Origin: Pseudovirgaria hyperparasitica
Taxonomy: Eukaryota
Strand: one strand, 5' to 3'
Assembly: GCA_010093815.1 (NCBI GenBank)
Contig: ML996593.1
Length of the DNA stretch: 64,000 nucleotides
Under the pieces are notes generated by a model. That model did no database searches, was not told the origin of the DNA, and saw only the letters and a list, made by a program, of their open reading frames with translations. Positions 36,801 to 49,721 of this stretch are shown piece after piece. Numbering within the stretch: position 1 is the first letter of the stretch; each line of letters opens with the position of its first letter. A program made the position numbers and the translations under genes.

Positions 36801-39526
36801 CTCGAACCGATTTTAGTTTAGGCTAGTCCACGATAGTAGTAACCCTATCCCTTTCTATAGTTATACCTTAATTAGTAATAACGAAGCTAAGGAAGTTAAC
36901 GTGGTCCTAGTGGAACTTATATTTAGATAGCTTAATATATAGCTTATGTTTTTCTAGCCTATCTAGGACTACGCGTACGTGCTAGATATATTCTTCTTTA
37001 TTATTAGAGAAGATAAGAATATTATCAAGGTATATAATGCACGTCATATCAAGTAGGCCTACTAGCGCGTTATTAATATACGCTTAGAAGGTCCCTAGCG
37101 CGTTAGTTAGTCTAAAAGGGACTACTATATACTTAAAGTATCTATAACGGGTCCTAAACGCCGTTTTCCACTTATCGCCCTTCTTAATATATAGGCGGTA
37201 GTAGGTGTCGTATAGATCGAGCTTAGTAAAGATCTTTACGCGCCCTAGTCTATTAATAGACTTAGAGATAAGAGGTAGTAGGTAATAATTCTTCCGTATA
37301 ATATTATTTAGGCTACGGTAGTCGATATATAGACGGAGACTTCTATTCTTCTTCTTTATAAAGAGGATTAGAGCTCCGGCTAGGGATATACTAGACCTAA
37401 TCTATCCTCGTATAAGGTTCTTTTCGATATATTCTCGGAGGACCTATAGCTTAGATTCTAATAGAGGGTAGATGGGTCTATATGGGGGTTATTAACCGTT
37501 CTTAAGATTAATAATAAGATTAGTAGGTTGGTATTAAGGTAATTCGGACGAGTCGATCGCTAACGCGATATATTAGTATATTTTATACTAATATAGTAGG
37601 TTTTCGTCTACTTTAATACTAAGCTCTCTATTTTAAGTAAATAAGAGGATATAGATAGTAGAGATTACCTTTTCGTAGTCCTTCTAGAATTATTTATCAT
37701 CGACTAGCTATACTAGGTTCTATTATAGTGGGTGCATGCGCCAGCTAGCTGTTTTCTAGATGAAGTCTAGTTTCGGGTTATATTTTTCGAGCTATAGTAT
37801 ACTAAGAATCATGTCGAAGGGGCTATCTACCACGATAAAGGTTAAGTAGTAGGGTTTCCACTTCCCCCCGCTATTCTAGATACTATATTTAATAGTATAG
37901 GTACCCTATAATTTAATAGGACTATCGATACTATGGAAGGTAGCACCTATTAGTACTTAAATATTAATATTAAGTTCTCGTGCTCGTTAAGTCGATATAA
38001 CGTTAGTAGCTAAACCGCTATTAAGTATTATAGTCTAATGTTATCCACGGGGGACCTCGATAGGCCTAGCCTATAGTTTAATATACTAGTTGGCTAGTTA
38101 TCCCTCTATTTTAGTTACGCCTATAAGTCACGAGGGTTTCTTATAGATAGTTAGTTTTTTATATTATATACCGGGTAGTTAGGCGCGATGTATCCTAGCT
38201 ACTAGCACTTATAGTATATAACTAACTTAGTATCTATATTAGTATTTAGTGGTTTCCTAGAGCGGTACTCGGGTACTATATGGCCTATCCTACCATAAGT
38301 ATAGTAGGTAACTTTAGGTCGTTTATATAAGTCGTTTCTCGCGTCTCGATATATTAACTAGTAGGATAATCCGTGGTACGGGCCTCGTCCTCTCGAGTTC
38401 GTGGAGTAGTAGTATCTACGAGGTATTCCGCGCGATCTATTACTAAACTAGTCCTCTTTAGATGATTTCATATTAGATCAGATTAGTAGAGATAGTTATA
38501 CGCCTATACGGCGTTAGTTATTTATTATACGCTAGTATTATTCTATAAGATTCGCGAGTACCTAAAGGTTAGTAGAGATAGACGTTATAAGGTTAATGCG
38601 TTCCTTTACGCTCGGATTAAGGGACCTTTTAAAGTTATTATATTATTAAACCATGCGATCTTCCTTAGCTTCTCTCTAGAGAGGTCGGAGGTATTTAAGG
38701 AGTTATAACGGGGATTATCTTTCTCGCTATTAAGTCTTAAAGATATGGCTCTAAGCCTATTCGCGTCGCTCGGCTCTATCGCCAAAGTATTAAAGAAGGA
38801 ATTTAGTAAACGTGTTCTAGTTATATATATCCTTAGGGTGTTCGATTTAATATACTATCTAACGTTTAGATAGCGTTAGGTCTAGGTAGTTCTATATAAA
38901 CCTAATCTTATTACTATCGTTCGTGAATAGGTAGAAGAATCAGCTATACTAGTAAGCCTATTTATAAAAGCTCTTCCGGGTTTTACCGTCAAAGTAAGGT
39001 GGTTTCTTAGGCCGAGGTAACTAGGATAGTAATAGACTTAGTTAGACTATTTCGGCTTAAGTTAGTCTATATTAGTATAGGTTAGTTACTACTAGTACTA
39101 AAGCGCGTAGTGCGGCTTCGAGTCTAGCGGTTCGTTCTTATACTTCGTTAAGTTCGCGAAGTTACTATTTAAGCTAAGCCTAACGCTACCTCTCCGTGTA
39201 TAGCCTAGTATATATATTATTATAAGGCGTGGTTAACGTTAGTCGGTTCTAATGAATTAGTTCGTTAACGTTAATAGGGTCTGGTCTTATAGTAAGGATA
39301 GGTCTAGTATGGTATAAACTAGACCGCGATAGAGTATGATAGACTCTAGTTATTAGTACGATAGCTTATAGGGTATACTTATTAGTAGAGGTGGTCGTAG
39401 GGAGACTATTCTCCTCGTTTAGATTTAGGGAGAGTCTCTCATGGGAGGTCGTGCCACGGGTATTATAGCGTATAGTAGGAGCTATCTCTATAAGCTACCG
39501 TCGTACTATATAGAGAGGAATTAAAA

Positions 39527-39764
39527 TATAATAAGTAAAGACGTAGGATAGTAGTCTAATAGTTTATAGAGAGATATAGAAATATATCTATAGAGTAGTC
39601 TTACTCTTATACGAGGTTAATTCCTAACGAGTAGGAATTGGTTTATACGGTCTACTTATATAGTAACCTTACTTAACCTAGCTAACTCATCCTAGCTCTA
39701 GCCGCTACGTGGCTATATGGATTAGAATGGTCTATATAGGTCCGTTAGGGTTCCCGTTCTAATA
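39527..39764 (-). repeat. 5' LTR of chromovirus
   Basis: 238-bp direct repeat of 31789-32026, followed by TSD GTAAT. Confidence 0.95.
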
Positions 39765-39769
39765 GTAAT

Positions 39770-40875
39770 CTTATTACTTAGCTAATAGCTTACTAATATT
39801 AATATCTTATTTATTATTCTAGTTAACTTATAGTATCTTACTAGTAGATAGTATACTAGTTAGTTTATAGAAAGCTATTATAGTCTTATCTTATATACTA
39901 TTTAAGTTATTATCTAGAAAAACTAGCTTTATAATCTTTTTATATATCTTATAATATAGTAGTCTATTTAGAAGTAGTTTAATAAGATAAGATTTATACT
40001 ATTTATAACTATAAGTAACTATAGTAGTATTCTTAAGTCTAAAGCTATAATATTAATAGATATTCTAGTAGTATTTAACTATTTACTTTAGTACTAACTC
40101 CTTAGTATAGAGCTTATACTTAGTATTATAGATCTAATTTAGATACTTCTATATATACTTACTAATTTTATTATTAAATAATCTTATAGCGTACTTTCTA
40201 TACTTATAAATTAACTTTATAGACTTAAGAAGATTAACTATCTTCTCTAGAGACTCTAGTTACTTAATTAGTATATCTATCTAGTATAAGTAATATTCTA
40301 GCTCTCTATAGTTAGCTAGAGAATAAGCTAACTTACTTAGACTAGATAGAAGACCTAGATAGCTAACTAAATTAGATGTTAGAATAGAGTTATTAGATAG
40401 TAGTATAGTTAGATAGAATAATAGAGTATATTCTATTATAGAATAAATTACTACTAAACCCTTTTAATAGAAATCTAAGAGTATATATATAAAGGGATAC
40501 TAATCTATTAGATATATAACTATTTACTATCTATTATACTATCTCTAACTAAGTTAGCTAAGATATATATAGATCTAGTCTAGTCTTTAGCTAAGTTCTA
40601 ATAAAGATATATTATAAGTTAACTTAAAAAGTAGAAGTAGTACTAGTACTACCTTAAGTATATAGTAGATAACTTATTAATTATATTTATTTCTTATAAA
40701 AGCTTATATAGTTAGACTATAGCTAGACTAGATAGAACTATTAATTAGTTTTATTATATTTTCTTATATTAGAGTTTCTAAATTAGTAATAGATACTAAA
40801 GTAATTCTATATTACTTTTAGTATAAGTATATATTAATATATATAATTAACGTTAATCTTGTATAGGCCTTAGTA
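39770..40875. mobile_element. Older, heavily RIP-mutated repeat (right part)
   Basis: Extreme TpA richness; continues the relic split by the chromovirus insertion. Confidence 0.7.
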
Positions 40876-41205
40876 TAAGCACCTGGCGCTTGTTTTTATT
40901 TCTTGGCTTAGCTCTAGCTCTTACTACCTACCACCCATGCAGCTCGTAGATCTCTGGGCATCTCGAAGCCTTTTTAATCTACATGCATCATGCATCCACA
41001 TCTCAGGGGCTATTGTCGAGATGTCTGTCTATATATATCTAACCGAGGATTCTTCAGCTGGCGAACCGTTCTATTTCCGAGGATTTATTTCGCTATATAC
41101 CCCTCTCCGCTTCAATGAGCTTCTAACTTTTCTTTCTATCTCTCTCATTCCCTGACTATCATACCCAGGCTCCCCTTTGTCTCGTGAACAAATCCTATAA
41201 CGACC

Positions 41206-42135
41206 ATGCTGCTCAAGATCTTCTCTTTTCTGAGTTTGGCCTGCTCCACCTCCGCACAATTCGTTAAAGGCTTCAATACAGGCAATACCAATGCCCAAGG
41301 CGCATGCCGCTATCAAAACGACTTCACAACTCTGTTCAATCAGGCGAAGAACCTGCCTGATGCCGGCGGCTTCGCCTCTGCTCGCCTGTACACCATGATT
41401 CAATGTGGCACCCTAAATGAACCTATTCAAGCAATCCAATCCGCTATTGACACAGACACCAAACTGCTCCTCGGTCTTTGGGCTTCAGCCGGTCGTGAAG
41501 CTTTCAATGAGGAGATGAACGTCCTCATGCGTGCCATCAGCCAATACGGAGATGCTTTCACTTCGCGCGTCGTGGGTGTCAGCATCGGTAGCGAAGATCT
41601 TTATCGTAGTAGCTCCCAAGGCGTGAAAAACAATGCCGGAGTTGGCGAGAAGGCTGAAGTTATAGCTGGATACATCGGTTGGGCTCGCGACTGGCTGCGT
41701 GGAACAGCACTAGAACGTACTCCTCTCGGTCACGTCGACACCTGGACTGCATGGGTTTTGCCCGAGAATAAGCAGGTCATTGAAGCTGTCGACGTCCTCG
41801 GCCACAATAGCTTCCCATATTGGGAGAGCACACTAGACAACAACATCAGCAACGCCGCCAACATTTTCTGGTCTGCATTGGATCGCACTGAGGGCGTTGC
41901 GCAGGGCAAGCCCGTATGGGTTACCGAGACTGGATACCCACACCGTGGACCTAATTCTGGATATGCTGTTGCTAATGCGCAGAATGCAAGGCAATACTAC
42001 GCGGCAGTTGGTTGCGAGCTGTTCAAACAGCGTAACACGTTCTGGTACACACTGGAGAATGCGAACACCGCTCAGACTGATTTGTCTTTCGCTGTCAACG
42101 AAAATGGCAATGTTCAGTACGATCTGAGTTGCTAA
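41206..42135 (+). CDS. Secreted GH17 beta-1,3-glucanase/glucanosyltransferase (EglC-like)
   Basis: Signal peptide; KGFN, ARLYT, LLLGLWAS, SIGSEDLYR, HVDTW, VWVTETGYP. Confidence 0.92.
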   Translation: MLLKIFSFLSLACSTSAQFVKGFNTGNTNAQGACRYQNDFTTLFNQAKNLPDAGGFASARLYTMIQCGTLNEPIQAIQSAIDTDTKLLLGLWASAGREAFNEEMNVLMRAISQYGDAFTSRVVGVSIGSEDLYRSSSQGVKNNAGVGEKAEVIAGYIGWARDWLRGTALERTPLGHVDTWTAWVLPENKQVIEAVDVLGHNSFPYWESTLDNNISNAANIFWSALDRTEGVAQGKPVWVTETGYPHRGPNSGYAVANAQNARQYYAAVGCELFKQRNTFWYTLENANTAQTDLSFAVNENGNVQYDLSC

Positions 42136-42586
42136 CTTCCTACTTCTGCGGCTCTCTAACGACTCTCTACTAGCAATCAGTACTCGGGATGAGTATAATA
42201 ATGGCCATGGCCGTCTTTGGGAAGCCAAATCTATAGAGCATATGTTACGTACAATCAACTATATCTAGCGCCTGGTGATCGACATGGACAGTGTTGTACA
42301 TCACCTAGTCGTCACGCAGCTAGCATTTACTTTCTGTTGTATTTATTTCGATTCACAATAGATTATATGCAATGCAGCTATATTACTTGGTGTTTGTGTA
42401 TCCTTAGTCCGCCCAAGAGCCACACGGTTCTCAGTTGCGGGTTCATTGATGTTGCGTGGGAGATGGCACGATAGCATTTGTCCTCCGACCAAGCTCAGAT
42501 TATGTATACTTGAATTGCCGCGTTGAGTATGGTTGGGTGTTGTACAACTGTTCTACCTCTTTGCACACCACAGGTCTTCGATATTC

Positions 42587-43424
42587 TTAGTCCTTCTTCA
42601 ATGGCTTGTATATCTCTTCAATGCCTTTGCTCGTGATAATGATCATCTGCAACCCATCGCCCACCTCAATGTGCCTCTCTACAGCACTACTGAACGCATC
42701 TTCAACCAGCTGCTCGACATCTTTCCTCGGTAACGGCTCTTGCACTCTTTGCCGCAGTTCATGTCCAGTTCCACGCCCAGGAATACACTGGTTCTTATAG
42801 TTGACCTGATTATCTAAGAAGGGCATGATCAGACTCGCGGCCGCGCCGCCGGCCCTGCACTGCTCTCGCTCATAGCTGCCCACAGGATCGTAGCTGTATA
42901 CCGCACCCTTGCCCTCCTCATCCAGTCCACCTAGGATCGCATGCACGTAGTAAGGGAAGAAACGCTTTCCGTACAGGATATGCGAGAGCCGTTGCGCACA
43001 GGCTGCCACACTCATAGTCTTGCCGTGTTGGTATTTGTACATCTTGAGAATAGTGTCTAGGCGCTCCTTGAGGGCGTCCCCATCCGCCGCAAATCCGACG
43101 ACGGATAGGGCAATGCGTGACTCCGGGCCCCCAATTCGGAACACTTTTGGGCAGTAGCGGGTATTGATGCTGTAGCCTGAAGTGGAGCGCGTGTCGCCGG
43201 CGATGATGGTAAAGTCGGCGCCTGCGATACCGAGAGTAGAGCCACCATTATCAGTGTAACTGGCAGATGTAAGTATTGTGAGTTAAGAGAAGGGCCAGTT
43301 AGGTAGTTTGGTCTCACGGATAGAAGCTATGCTGCCGTGCACCTTCTGATGCTGTGTTTGGCTGTTGGGCGAAGGAGTATTTAGGAGTCCCCGACGGCGG
43401 CCCAGGGTGGAAGACAGACGCCAT
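42587..43424 (-). CDS. PRE7: 20S proteasome subunit beta-6, 2 exons
   Basis: HSFYP|YTDNGGSTL..AGDTR, LYGKRFFPYY, YSYDPVGSY, ERHIEVGDG, terminal LKKD. Intron 43317-43260. Confidence 0.95.
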
Positions 43425-43559
43425 AGTCGACAGTTCCTGACAGTGTTGAAGGAGTTAAAAGGCCAGTGATGGAGGATGAGAGGATATGAAACGTTGTGGT
43501 GTTGAGCTCGAAGGTTGACGTGGAGCAAGCTGCCTAGTCCACTAGTCGAGCTTCTCAGA

Positions 43560-43935
43560 CGTCAATGTATTTATTAGATAGAAGGGTTTTATTATATATT
43601 ATATTTTTAGACTAGCTTACTAAGTAATATCTAAAGGTTAGATTTTAAAGAATTATAATTTATACTATATACTTATTTTTAATATATAAAAATCTTAATA
43701 ACTTCTATAGAAAAGTAATAAGTTAAAGATATATATACTACTATATCTATAGAATAAGAAGATAAAAATTAGAATATATAGATATAGAGTAGAAGTAAGA
43801 AGATACTAGAGATTAGATTAGTAAAATTATCTATTATAAAATTACTATTTAGATTTCTCTATAGTATATCTAAATATACTAATTACTTAAGTAATTCTCT
43901 ACTTATTTACGCTAAAATAGATAAGGTCGATAGAT
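43560..43935. mobile_element. RIP-degraded AT-rich relic in a divergent promoter
   Basis: Sharp AT-rich island with RIP dinucleotide bias. Confidence 0.65.
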
Positions 43936-44028
43936 TCTAGTGCGTAAGGAAAACCATCACGTCGTTCTTCGTACAGCCACAACTAGAAGCTCATTTTACA
44001 TGTTGTAAGGCCTGCCACGACTTTATAC

Positions 44029-44862
44029 ATGATGCTTGGGCTTGGTAAATATGATAGTGATGATGATGGAGAGAAGAACAAACCTACTAGAAAGGTAATA
44101 TACTATCTATGATTTATGATACATTATACTAATAGCTACTAACATCTTTAGGAAAATGCTACCTACATTAAGGTATTGCCTTCCCCGACGACGTGTAGGC
44201 TCGTGGTCCACCAAGGTTATAGAAGATGCTAATGTTTACCTATAGTACCGAATAAGCTTCAGAGTGTACCAATCTCCAAAGAAGTCGCGCATCGACCGTC
44301 GACGTTGAAATTAGCAGGAGAAAACCGCACAGTAACTCCACTGCCTGCATACCAAAATGGACGAATGGATGTCCTTATGAAGGAAGAGGCAACAGAAGGC
44401 CCTCTGGGACAAGATTACAGGCCACTCTCGCCAGACGCTGCAAACAGTTCGCTGGTCCAACAACTGACCTTGCCTCCGGTTCCGGACCTCGGCGTCCCGC
44501 TCTCGCCTCCCGGTTCGCCGCCTCCAAAGTCGACCAAATTGTTCGCTCAATTCCTCAAGCTCAAGAGGGATGGTATTCATTTCAACCAGAGACTCGCAAA
44601 GACACCTTCAATTCGAAATCCGAACCTGCTTAAGAAACAACTAGAATTTGCAGGAATCTCAGAAGAGGAACAGCACGACACTGCTATGCCTCACAACATT
44701 GTACCCACTGGATTTCCAGTGTGTGCGTATTGGGAAGAACTGAACAGAATACGGGATAGCATTGAAAAGAAAACGGAAGCTCAGCAAGCGCAAGCGCACC
44801 GAGAGGCCGTAGACTTCGTGCCAGCTTTGATTAAATCTCGGGACGAAATGGACCCATACTGA
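44029..44862 (+). CDS. HCNGP/SAP30BP-like protein
   Basis: MMLGLGKYDSDDD start; PLSPPGSP..FAQFLKLKRDGIHFNQRL..SIRNPNLLKK. 5' exon structure uncertain. Confidence 0.8.
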
Positions 44863-44904
44863 CCCCAATACAGTCAGAGTTGGCTTAAGTACCAGCATGG
44901 CTTC

Positions 44905-45095
44905 TCCTATAGCGAAATTTAACTAAGATAAGGACTAAGAACTTAAGAAAAGTGGTAGTAAGTATATCTAATAAGGAGAATAAGCTAAGATAAGATTAAG
45001 TATAGATATCTTAATTAATTTATAGTAATATTATTAGATAGAATAATATAGTATAGTCTATTAAATAGTAAATTACTTCTAATTCTTTTTAATAA

Positions 45096-45190
<95 letters not shown>

Positions 45191-45380
45191 NNNNNNNNNN
45201 NNNNNNNNNNNNNNNNNNNNNNNNNNNNNNNNNNNNNNNNNNNNNNNNNNNNNNNNNNNNNNNNNNNNNNNNNNNNNNNNNNNNNNNNNNNNNNNNNNNN
45301 NNNNNNNNNNNNNNNNNNNNNNNNNNNNNNNNNNNNNNNNNNNNNNNNNNNNNNNNNNNNNNNNNNNNNNNNNNNNNNNN

Positions 45381-45475
<95 letters not shown>

Positions 45476-45615
45476 GATAGCTCTCTTTAAATAGACTTTA
45501 TAGAAATAAAATAAACTTATAGAAGAATAAAGATATATCTAATTACTTATTATATCTACTTTTTAAAGCTCTTATATACTTAGAATATATATATAAATAT
45601 AGAAACAGTATTATA
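44905..45615. repeat. AT-rich RIP relic containing a long (TAT)n microsatellite and an assembly gap (N 45191-45380)
   Basis: Pure TAT repeats at ~45098-45190 and 45381-45474 flank 190 Ns. Confidence 0.9.
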
Positions 45616-45938
45616 TGGAAAGATGGGGGAGAGAACACGCGTGCACTAGTGCCAGCGACTTAGGTTCTAGGAAAACGACGGATGGTTCAGTCGATCGTTC
45701 CCCCGGTATAGACCACCCATCTGCATACCCAACGTATACCGTGCCGGGCATTTGAGACTACGTTCTACCGCTTACGTCGACTGCACCGAACGAAGGCTTG
45801 CTATATACCTCTCCACCATCATCATCCCGTGGGCATAAACTTACCAGCGCTTTATACTGGAGCGTGTTCTTGAGTCGCAATCCCAACGTGTCCCCGCATT
45901 TACCCTCTACACAACCTTGATCGTTCACCACCTATATC

Positions 45939-46972
45939 ATGACTTGTACGTAGCCACCATCATTGTGCTCTTTGAAGCCATGCCTATTGACTGACTCAAT
46001 ACTCGCAGTACCTCCAGAAGCCCAAGCGTCCTATGCGACCATCATTGACAGCATCCTCAAAGGCGCTGATCTGAATACCATCTCTGCCAAGCGAATTCGG
46101 AAAGGGCTCCAGGCTCAGCTCGAATATGACATAAGCGACCAGAAGGTAGAGCAATGCGCCTGGGCATGCCTATAATTTGGTGACTGATTTTCTATCATAG
46201 GAAGCGATCAATGCCTTAATATACGCGCGGTTCGATAAACAAAACGAGCGCAACGAAGCCACAGCCGCCCCGAGCATCGAGGTGCCACCGCCCCCTACGA
46301 AGGCCGCTACGAATTGCATCAAGACTGAAAATAAGATTAAGAAGGAACCTACTCCTCTGCCTAAGAAGCGCTCGGAACCTCATGACTGCGACGAACAAGA
46401 CCCGACGCCATCAACGGAGCAGTCACCTCCACCGAAGAAGAAGATTAAGAGGATATCTCAGTCTCAGGAAGAAGACGATGCAGCATACGCGGCACGCCTG
46501 CAGGCAGAGCTAAATCGGGTCCAAGGTCGCTCCACTAGAAGAAGGAATGATCGCAAGAAGCCGAAACCGGTTGCAAAAAAGGCCAAGAAAAAGAGTGCCA
46601 CCAAAGTGAACAGCGACGACGACAGTGATGTGGCTTCAGGCGATAAAAAGCCGGTAAAACGTACAGGAGGCTTCCATGTTAGTGACACGCATAGAAATGG
46701 TTACTTATAACAAAGCAATACTAACAGCCCAGCAGAAGCCTCTTAACCTCTCCCAACCTCTCTCTGAGCTTTTGGGCGAAACTCAGCTCTCACGTCCACA
46801 GGTTGTGAAGCAGATATGGGCATATGTCCGCGAGCGTGAACTACAAGATCCTAGTGATAAGCGCCAGATACGCTGTGATAACCGTATGCACGCTGTCTTC
46901 AAGACCGAGCGAGTGCAAATGTGCACTATGAACAAGATTCTCAGCCGACATTTGTACGCTGTTGACGAGTGA
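45939..46972 (+). CDS. DEK-C plus SWIB/MDM2 domain protein (Uaf30/Tri1-like), 4 exons
   Basis: IIDSILKGADLNTISAKRIRKGL; GGFH|KPLNLS..LSRPQVVKQIWAYVRERELQDPSDKRQIRCD. Confidence 0.9.
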
Positions 46973-47322
46973 ACGCATGAATATCTCCTTATCCTGAAAC
47001 ACTTGCGACTGACGAGGATGTTACTTCTTCACGATTTACGAGTCATCTTTCCTCTGACCCTTTCGAGATTCATTATACGGCGGTCTGGACGGTGCCGCCC
47101 TGCTACTCTCAGAGCATCCTTGAAGACCAAGGTTTCGATGTGATCCTTGCGTCTTCCCTCTAAACACCGTCCTGGATCCTCCCACCGGCTTCTCTCTCGT
47201 ATCTTAGCTGGCATTGGCGTTTGTAATCTGGTCTATGGGTCTGCTTTCACCCGACTGTTGATTTATGAATGCTCTATCATCACTCCTCTAAGGACCCTCT
47301 TCGTATTAGACATCTATATATA

Positions 47323-47385
47323 AGGGCAGGACACGGACTCTCTGGTTATAGGGCAGGACACGGACTTTCTGGACATAGGGCAGGG
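47323..47385. repeat. ~28-bp tandem repeat (AGGGCAGGACACGGACT...) x2.3
   Basis: agggcaggacacggactctctggttat agggcaggacacggactttctggacat agggcaggg. Confidence 0.75.
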
Positions 47386-47682
47386 CTATAGGAGCTGTAT
47401 GTAGTCTTTACCAGGCGAGTTATGTCGAATCGATATTTCACCAAACAATACCATACCATACAAGCACAATAGTCTTTAAGAAATCATTCGTGACACTTCC
47501 TTTCATACGACTATTAGTTCCGCTAACTTGTTAGTCGACTGGCTTGTGTACACCTTTAGGTACATCACACTACGCCCAATAATTTAATGAAGCATCATGC
47601 GAAGGGTAATTCGGCGTAGTGAGCAGCAGTGAGAGGTATGCTAGAAATGCTTAACCTAGCGCGTTCAAGGTCTTGACAGGAG

Positions 47683-49236
47683 CTAAAAGTCGGCGACTTC
47701 GATGTGAAATTCTTCGAAATCATCATTGCCAAGTAGTAGGCTGTCAGGAAAATGTCCACGCATGCATTCCTCAAGATCCTCGCCGTTCTCTGTGCATCCC
47801 AGTGCTTTGTTGTCCATATTCTCCAGCCACTTAGTCTCCTCTGCGTATGTGAAGGGTTTAAACCGCTCTTTTTGTTCGGCGTTAGAATTCTCGTTGGTAT
47901 AGTTGCTACCGTGATGTCTAACGGGTGCGATAGTGGTCTGCGATGAGGAATGAGCATGTGCGAACTTGTTTGTTGAGGAGGCTGATCCAGCTTTGCTCCG
48001 TAGTTGAGTTTGGGTACTTGATATACGAATATCTGATGCTACGGCACGACCTGAGGAATATCCCATCGTGTTTCTAGACGCAGCCGTAGCTAGGTTATGA
48101 ATTGTCGCTTGCTTGATGGCCGAGAGAGCAGGCTTCCTTGTCGCTGATTCACGGGCTGTGGTCGAGACGGAATAGAGCACGCCGGGCTTAGTCTTCTGCT
48201 GCGAGAGAGCTGATGCTGCAATCCTCGCAGCAATGGCAGTGGCAGACGGTGGTTTGGTTGACGCGCGTGTCTGCTCGTTCTTCGGTGCAACCTTAGTTTT
48301 TTTAGCATTCGTCGACGTGTTCCCTTTGATAGTCGACGATCCGGGCTGAATGCCCATCTCTAGGCGAAGTTCGTTTACGATTTCGTCGACTTCGGCGAAA
48401 GTGTCTTCGCAGCCCCTAGCAATAATTTCACCTGCTTTCCCAGCATATTCGGCTGCTTCTATTTCTCCGTCGTGCCACGCCTTCGGGTAACCATTCTCGT
48501 CTACTGCGTTGAAGTAATGCGAATACATCCCGCGGGTCGGATAGTCGCACTTCAACATGTCTAGGTTAAGATCAGGCGAGAAGTTCTCGCGTAAGTCGGG
48601 AAGAGCTGCTCATGTCAGTAATTGGCTTCTCACGTTACATGATATCTTACGTTTCTCTTTGGGGGGCATATATTCACTCTCATCATCATCATCATCATCA
48701 TTGTCGTCGTCGTCTTCTCCAACAAGCAAAGATTCTTCTTCAGAGTGTAGAACCTTGACTTTGGATCTGCGGAGTCTTTGAGACTTGCTCTTCTGCTGTG
48801 TCTTGTTGGTGGCCTTTGGGTCGATGGTGAGAGGGGCAGGTGTCTGGAATGCCTGTGCCTTCGCATTGGTAGTTTTCATACCCAAGGGAGCTCTATTACG
48901 TGGGCCTGATTTTACCGGTTAGCAATAGATACCACCATGCTACTCTTTATGGCTTATACCAGCTGGGGTAACGAATGCGTCTTTCCCAAGCAGTCCTCCC
49001 TTCTTGCTCGTGAAAAGTAAATTCTCGTTTCCTCTGCCATTTGTCCTCAATGCAGACTTGCCATCCTTTCGAATGACATTCTCATCATAAAATGGTACTT
49101 TGAAAGGCGTTTTGGGAGCTTTGATTTTTGGGGTTCCTGCTCGAAGACCCTTCACGCTTTGGTCAAGTGACTTTGCAGCAGCCGCTGCCTGGTAGTCATG
49201 AATGCGGTTCTCTTGGTTGTGGTGTGTCGAGAGCAT
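47683..49236 (-). CDS. Securin-like protein (Cut2/Pds1-type degrons), 3 exons
   Basis: NQEN, D-box RAPLGMKTTN, acidic patch then ESEYMPP. Introns ~48959-48908 and ~48650-48596. Confidence 0.6.
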
Positions 49237-49721
49237 GTCGTATAATGTTTCACATTGATAGCCGATGAGGCGGTGGATCAAACTGGGATCACACGGTAGG
49301 TATAGCAGGTGTATATGTACTTCTAACGAGTGATGTTGGGCTTTGTTTACCTTTAGCGCTATTGGGATAACCTAGGTACGGTTGCTAGGCAGCTGCAATT
49401 GGCAGACCCGGATTACTCTGAGAGAGCTGGTAAGTCCATGCGTGTATGGTGTGGTATTGGCGTGACTCATCACGCACCAACTTTCGACTGGAGGGGATAA
49501 GGGTGTCAGCAAGCTAGGGACAGCCGCTCCGCCCCTGGCTGCTTCCGCCGCGCTGTCCATGCCTTAACACCCGCTACTACCGACTCTCCACGCCTGCTTC
49601 TTATTCTTCTACATTTCACCTCCAGCACACCCTCAGCACACCATATCCTAATACCAGTGCTTCAGTCTCCTACCAGAAATACTTTATACCAAGCCTAACA
49701 ATCACATAAAAAGCTAACAAT

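Larger units (their letters stand above)
31789..39764 (-). mobile_element. Full-length RIP-inactivated Ty3/Gypsy chromovirus (gag-PR-RT-RH-IN-chromodomain)
   Basis: 238-bp LTRs; GTAAT TSD at 31784-31788 and 39765-39769; PPT 32027-32042. Two CCHC knuckles ~38170-38310; protease L(D>N)SG ~38015; RT GDKWKTAFRTRY ~37145-37180 and YLD(D>N) ~37025; chromodomain VFEVD..YRIR(W)KDY..EDT(W)E ~34520-34640. Confidence 0.95.

Noticed and set aside
31789..39764. Dating the insertion from LTR-LTR divergence
   Set aside because: Differences are nearly all RIP transitions and are not clock-like.
45098..45474. (TAT)n array as telomere or CRISPR-like array
   Set aside because: Simple microsatellite around an assembly gap; not TTAGGG, no spacers, true length unknown.
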